Of a stretch of 64,000 nucleotides of DNA, positions 59,401 through 64,000 are shown piece by piece. The position numbers were made by a program, and so were the translations under genes. Under the pieces are notes generated by a model that was not told the origin of the DNA, searched no databases, and saw nothing but the letters and a program-made list of their open reading frames with translations. The DNA lies in assembly GCA_024704765.1 (NCBI GenBank), contig JAKMXF010000111.1:1318619-1382618 (forward strand). The letters run 5' to 3'. Source of the DNA: Oopsacas minuta. Lineage: Eukaryota; Animalia; Porifera. Every line of letters begins with the position of its first letter. Within the stretch, counting starts at the first letter, position 1.

Positions 59401-61029
59401 TTTGGGAACAGCAGAGAACGGCCTGCTAGCTCGGCTGCGTCTGGCTGGTTCAGATGTCCTAGAACTAGGTCTAGACACATGTTGTGGAGCTAGAGATGTG
59501 TAGGAAGAGGTACGAGTTACATGGTGAGTACCTCCACTAGAATTCTGTCTATCCTGATCACTACCAGTACCTGTATCACCCGTGTCAGGAATATTAGATA
59601 CGTGACGCTTAGAACTGCTCTTGATCTTCTTGCGCTGCTTGGAGGGAGGAGCAGGTGTGAATCTTGGCTCCAGAGCAGATCTACATCGAGGCAGGCCATC
59701 GTCTGACGCACCTATACTCAGCTCTGATCTAGATACTCTACCGTTAGAATACATCTGTTGTACTTCTAAGTCATTCCTGTCCATTACTGGGAGAGGAGCT
59801 GGCATGTTCTTGGAAGGAGGGTTAAGTGGGTGGAACATGGAGCTAGAAGGAGCAGGTTTTACAAAAGCAGAGTTAGATGGTGTAGGGAACCTCTTCATAG
59901 TCATATTGTATTTCTGCTCCGTTAGCAGTGTATTTAGTTGTGGACTGATATCTCTTTGCTGCTGGTTAGCACGTGTTGAAAGAGGGTTAGATTGGGTGTG
60001 TAGAAGTGAGTAATGTTGTTGAGTAGATGTAACAACTGGTGGTAGATTGGAATGTTCTAGCGCGTATGTGTTAGCTTTTGTGCTAGCATTATAAGATTCA
60101 ATTTCTAATTGTGAGTTAGTAGGTATTATAACCTGACTACCGTGTGTGCTCGTGGAATGTTGCTGAACTTCAGACGGATAATGTGGTGTATAGTTTTGTT
60201 CATGTGTGTTGTAGTTATGTTGATATGAACTTTGTTTATCTCTTGTCAGGTTTGAGTTATGTGTGTGTTGGAGAGAAGGATCAGCTGATCTATTCTCCAC
60301 AGCTTCTCCGCCAGAGTATGCTGGCTCATTACAAATTGTTTCGTGGGAGTGGGATAGATCTACTTGTCCTATGTGGGAGGGTGGGAGTCTTGTTCCAGTA
60401 TCAGGAGAGAGGGTGGGGATAGAGGCGGGGAGTAGTCCAGGCGTCTTAATTCCAGAAGAACTTGAGCTATTAGGAGTATTCGAAGATGATGTATTTCCAG
60501 CTAATTTTATCCCTGTTACTCTCTCCTTCAACTCTTCACTCTTGAAGGAGTAATCAAGGTTAATTAGATCTGTAGCTGTATCAGAGAGTATAGAGGTTTC
60601 TTGCTCTCGCTTAGCTTCCAGCAAATATTCCTGTTCAATCGGGTCACACCCCTCTAGTTCCACCCCGGTGTTATGTCCGTCGGAGACAGGAGGAAGGTAA
60701 TCTCCATTCTGGGATTTAGACTCATTGGGTGGATAGGAGGTCCAGGGATGTGTGATAGGAGGCAATCTAGCAGGGTGTGCATGGGGGGGTAAGAACGGTA
60801 GAGAATTCGTTGGGGGGATTTTTGGAGGATCCAGTAACTTGACTCTAGTTACAGGGATAGATGAAGTTGAATGGGAGGGAGGAATATTTGGGTTATCAGA
60901 ATCGCTGAAGAGGAATGAGGCAGATTGTAAGGCATCTGCTCCACCACTATCGTTTGCTGTAAAGCTGTTAGCAATTGAGTTATCAAAATCACTATTGAAG
61001 AAGTTTACTTCATTATCTTGGCTATTCAT
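56479..61029 (-). CDS. SEC16: SEC16 (ER exit-site scaffold), single 4.55-kb exon, 1516 aa
   Basis: Disordered N-terminus and Pro/Tyr-rich region; central conserved domain ([64 protein letters not shown]...AF.YCEAI); C-terminal MRLP....FFYD.DKGMWID and SRYVDIMN. Confidence 0.9.
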   Translation of the reverse strand: MNSQDNEVNFFNSDFDNSIANSFTANDSGGADALQSASFLFSDSDNPNIPPSHSTSSIPVTRVKLLDPPKIPPTNSLPFLPPHAHPARLPPITHPWTSYPPNESKSQNGDYLPPVSDGHNTGVELEGCDPIEQEYLLEAKREQETSILSDTATDLINLDYSFKSEELKERVTGIKLAGNTSSSNTPNSSSSSGIKTPGLLPASIPTLSPDTGTRLPPSHIGQVDLSHSHETICNEPAYSGGEAVENRSADPSLQHTHNSNLTRDKQSSYQHNYNTHEQNYTPHYPSEVQQHSTSTHGSQVIIPTNSQLEIESYNASTKANTYALEHSNLPPVVTSTQQHYSLLHTQSNPLSTRANQQQRDISPQLNTLLTEQKYNMTMKRFPTPSNSAFVKPAPSSSMFHPLNPPSKNMPAPLPVMDRNDLEVQQMYSNGRVSRSELSIGASDDGLPRCRSALEPRFTPAPPSKQRKKIKSSSKRHVSNIPDTGDTGTGSDQDRQNSSGGTHHVTRTSSYTSLAPQHVSRPSSRTSEPARRSRASRPFSAVPKPPQITTDLPVSTSDPPKTSPPPVTNTLPDAAVYTSEQRHRELPPVPDTHTHRYLPQPPKPYTDPNLTMPANPEYPYPPYGYPPMQRWPAPGPAPKEEDPTVGYPPQGYFPYYNPYQYQYPYMFYPPYVPNGEAGEDQQIVPPGYPPYPFPYYPMNPHMYPYMSHPGSRMGSYAPSLADDTTEIGSIYSAGAEEQHQEQLQQEPQHPLESSFLLEKLSAQHISFGYVNQSSTPVPDLETQRNTPLLFDYPHVKATFSSNGALLLTPYNSVSGVKIRKLHEVCQLPLLAKHDSFPGPLNSLSVKSEVVRFTKEHVTASQTIGDTDNALMWEYLSRLCAQNGVLVTSDVVELLTQGGSFNTRQIEGQNQLESREVGEKLRQLVLQRRIKEAVEFCTEQKLWTHALLLAQTLDEHTRASVQDRFTYSLHASDPLQCYYSAVVGKRPHGVHAFYLREGHNWKQHLAMLISHRNLPASETSISSLADNLAECSHTNAAHLVRLLQGYPLGGWGDKESKYSLLGVEGSGFHLGSRCVGPEELHKTEVYEYARSLSNSEFSLQGFQPFKYRIAVLYAEAGLLQKAFSYCEAIFASVQKQPYSYSIGFLSHLLSLSDLLHGSLIQLPSTPLHDPPHYPRWISMISSYIEQQQGGGIYVPTPSIPLLTPTPSLMSPYPDSKQLSIIPNRQFGVNPVSGPAYAHPQATQSQVNVLPDAVAFSTPEASMFREGFGVVEDDEATTESYKSAGDESLMGGGGHNTDEEVDFDIPSLDSSPLPPGIISTPQSPSDSINRPFTGSADNGGQTGGSSWVGNIVGRFRSKSLNKNQMRLPTKSDRFFYDYDKGMWIDKIGGEQESAAPISPPKDIDLAPLSIPGTLPPTEPQGIMSFNTRSRYVDIMNTTGPKSSMAPPAPLFPTNFDSPFSGTLFMPQAQPDALTVSRARVSPDTVSVTTASISEASKEVRQIMQNKQPVPHPLPPGVRY

Positions 61030-61204
61030 CCTTCTGAATTCTGATACATTATCTAGTTACTGTCCAATGTAAGCAGATTATATAAAGTCTACCAACGATA
61101 GTATTATGATGCTATAACCACTATATATCAATACTGATACGGATTACCAATTTTATGTAAGGACATGGAAGTTACGTAACGCGTATGTTAACTTAATGGA
61201 TTGT

Positions 61205-61391
61205 ACAGAATACTGCGCTTAATCAGGTCACTTAATAGAGCACTAGTTAATCAGGTCACTTGACTAGGAACAAAACTATAAGAATAGCGTAAATTATCTT
61301 CATTTACCTTGGTTAATCGGGTCAACAACTTTATTTCGATGGCTAAAATGGCCTCCTGGTCCCTAAGTGACCCTTAAGCGCGAGCCTACTA
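61205..61391. mobile_element. pogo-like MITE related to the 15058 family
   Basis: TA|CAGAATACTGCGCTTAA ... TTAAGCGCGAGCCTACTA; internal GGTTAATCGGGT; TTAATCAGGTCACTT occurs twice. Confidence 0.45.
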
Positions 61392-61905
61392 TTCAAGAAA
61401 ACCAGAATTTTATTACTATATACGTAGTACTATTAGGCCAGATGGTAATTAGACACGACTGACAAATGCTAATTACTTGCATAATCTCAGATGTTATGGA
61501 CATCTGGATATATAGAAGTATATGTATAGTGTAGATGACTGATACTGTCGACGAGATTCTTACGAAGCAATTTAGATATTGGAGGAATGGTCATTTCTCG
61601 AATTATGGAAATTCGCAATTTCTAGCTCTTGGCGTATACTTAGGCTCTAATATCTCGTCAGCAGAATTGGGCTTCAAAATAACATCATGCATGAAGAATG
61701 AGAATTATTCTCAATTTTATAATGATAAAATATCTACTGAAGGGAAAAATACATCGCTAATTCAGGGGTAAAATCAAACTGTGACTGTATGTTAATTTAA
61801 ATGGAATAGGTTATGCCTACAAAATACAACTAAGTGAAATTCTGCAAAGTACTCGTGTCCAAATTTAACTGAATAGAAATACCTATCGAAGTGATGTAGT
61901 TAGAA

Positions 61906-64000
61906 TTAAAATAGTCCGAATATTTCTCCAGTCTCTGAGTCCAGATCTATATCAATGAAAGCTGGCCTCGTAGGCAATCCTGGCATTGTCATGATAGGCC
62001 CTAACAGAGGAAACAGGAATCCTGCTCCAGCACTGGGACGGATATCCCTGATAGGAACAACAAACCCACAAGGTGCTCCTTTGAGAGAAGGATCGTGTGA
62101 GAGAGATAAATGAGTTTTAGCCATACAGACAGGTAGTTTATCCATTCCGTCTCTAGTCAGTCCATCAATAATAGATTGTACTTCCGGTGATACCTCTATG
62201 TCAGCAGCTCCGTATATCTTAGTAGCTATCATCCTTATCTTATCCTTAATACTCATTTCTAACGGGTATAAGAATTTAAAGCTACGAGGTTGCTGTACTG
62301 CTTGCATGACTGCCTCTGCTAGGTCTTTCCCTCCCTTGCTGCCCTCTGCCCAGTGGTTAGACACAACAGCTGTGAATGCTCCAGCCTTTATAGCCTGATC
62401 ACGCGCTATTTCTAGTTCTGCATCTGTATCTGTTGAAAATCGGTTAATACATACTACCACAGGTATTCCAAAAAGTTTAGCATTCTCAATCTGTTTACAC
62501 AGGTTAGAGCAGCCAGTTTCTACTAGAGGTAGATTCTCTTCTTTGTACACGGAATCTAGAGGTTTCCCTGATATCACGGCAGGACCTCCTCCATGCATTT
62601 TTAGTGCACGTACAGACGCTACCATTACCACACAGTCAGGTGACAAACCGCTGTATCGACACTTTATATCACAGAACTTCTCCATACCTATGTCTGCCCC
62701 GAATCCCGCCTCAGTAACCACGAACCCCTGCTCCCCCACCAGCTTCAATGCTATCAGGTCAGCCAGCACCGATGAGTTACCGTGAGCAATGTTAGCAAAA
62801 GGACCACAATGCACCAATACTGGTGTTCCCTCCATAGTCTGCATGAGGTTAGGATTGAGAGCATCCTTGAGCAAGACTGCCATAGCTCCTCTCATTCCTA
62901 TATCATCAGCTGTTACAGGCTGTCCTGCAGTACTGTATGCTACTACCATACGACCCAGTTTGTCCTTAAGGTCTGACAAGTTCTTAGACAGACTTAATAC
63001 AGCCATTATCTCGCTAGCTACACTGATATCCATCTGTGTTTGTCTTGTGTGTCCTTTCTCCGTGGGACTCTCTCCCACAGTCATTTGTCTCAAGAACCTA
63101 TCACTAATGTCAACTACTCGGTGCCATATTATTCTATCCTTGTCAATATCTAATCTACTGAACTTCCTCTTCTCTTCAGGAGTTAGCAGGAGAGGATCTC
63201 TCTCCTCTATTCCCAGTCTAACCAGCCGTCTCACTTGTGAATCACTGAACCGTTTGGCATTCTGTTTGTCAGTAGTCAGACGCTCAAACAGAGCTTCATC
63301 ACTCTGAGTAGACTCGTGGAAGTACCTGACATCAACAGCTGCTGCTAACAGATTATTGGCAGCTGTCACAGCATGTATGTCACCTGTCAGATGGAGATTG
63401 AATGTCTCCATGGGTATTACTTGAGAGTATCCTCCTCCAGCTGCCCCGCCCTTTATCCCAAATGTAGGCCCTTGAGAAGGTTGTCTGATACAAGCTATGC
63501 AGTTCCTACGCATCCCTGCTCCCAGCGCTTGACTGAGTCCTATTGTAGTAGTACTCTTACCCTCTCCCAGAGGAGTAGGGGTGATAGCTGTTATCAGTAC
63601 ATAGGATCCTGTAGGAGAATACAGCGTAAGATTAACATACATTATAATCGCGAGGAATTGAAATGGAGTACTCATTTAGCATTCTTGAATTGTGCATATA
63701 TTAGTATGAATATTCGTATAAGTAGGTAAGGTAGTATGTACAATTACATACTGCATACAAAGAATATAACATTCTAGTATGAATCTATTCACCAATTCCA
63801 CTAACGTGCTCCTGTAGTGTGCATTATAATTTATGCCTATTTCTACTACACCCAGGAGACGATTATTCAATGATACTACCCTTAGATATAACTCCTGTAA
63901 TTTGTTATCTCACTAGATACACTACAGTTACTGTAGATTGAGTTACGTAATTACACAATTTACCGTTGGGTCGTTCCTTGATCCTGTCCAGTACCGAGAG
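61906..64000 (-). CDS. MTHFD1: Formyltetrahydrofolate synthetase domain of C1-THF synthase (MTHFD1/MTHFD1L type), last two exons; the gene starts right of the window
   Basis: Exon 64000-63964 ([13 protein letters not shown]|GTAAAT), intron 63963-63609, exon 63608-61906 ([84 protein letters not shown]). MTHFD1 and MTHFD1L cannot be distinguished from this part. Confidence 0.92.

Noticed and set aside
57755-61072. Numerous 60-130 aa ORFs overlapping SEC16
   Set aside because: Alternative or antisense frames of a GC-richer coding region with no independent features.
63609-63675. N-terminus [11 protein letters not shown].. of the 589-aa ORF
   Set aside because: Intronic read-through; the real upstream exon ends at 63964.

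Overview
AT-rich, gene-dense eukaryotic (animal) genomic DNA with short GT-AG introns and many single-exon genes. The style resembles a compact non-bilaterian genome such as a glass sponge; this is an unverified guess. Minus-strand block (1-21.6 kb): LTA4H exon 1, AKR7A (4 exons, with an intronless GRB2 nested on the same strand in intron 3), a divergent PP1 catalytic subunit, PYCR, a classical calpain (8 exons), a carnitine acetyltransferase ending in PTS1, and a frameshifted NHL-repeat gene. Plus-strand block (23-55.5 kb): sugar-transporter pseudogene, MATE transporter with one in-frame TAG, YjbQ/UPF0047, a clarin-like tetraspan, MIC60/mitofilin, and a 10-exon, 20.5-kb VRK1-like kinase. The kinase introns host four near-identical clan-4 cytochrome P450 genes in alternating orientation and an antisense NAP1 gene. 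SEC16 (one 4.5-kb exon) and the 3' end of an MTHFD1-type gene follow on the minus strand. Intergenic and intronic DNA holds MITEs, Helitron-like elements and a FLYWCH-MULE remnant. Most notable: (i) the P450 array has a homogenised core with patchwork variation at substrate-contact segments, and one copy has lost its start codon and gained an ATG downstream of the membrane anchor; (ii) a recurrent ATTCAG-type splice acceptor lies just upstream of many start codons, with operon-like spacers, suggesting spliced-leader trans-splicing; (iii) extensive gene nesting. All exon models were derived by hand from splice signals and reading frame, with no transcript data.
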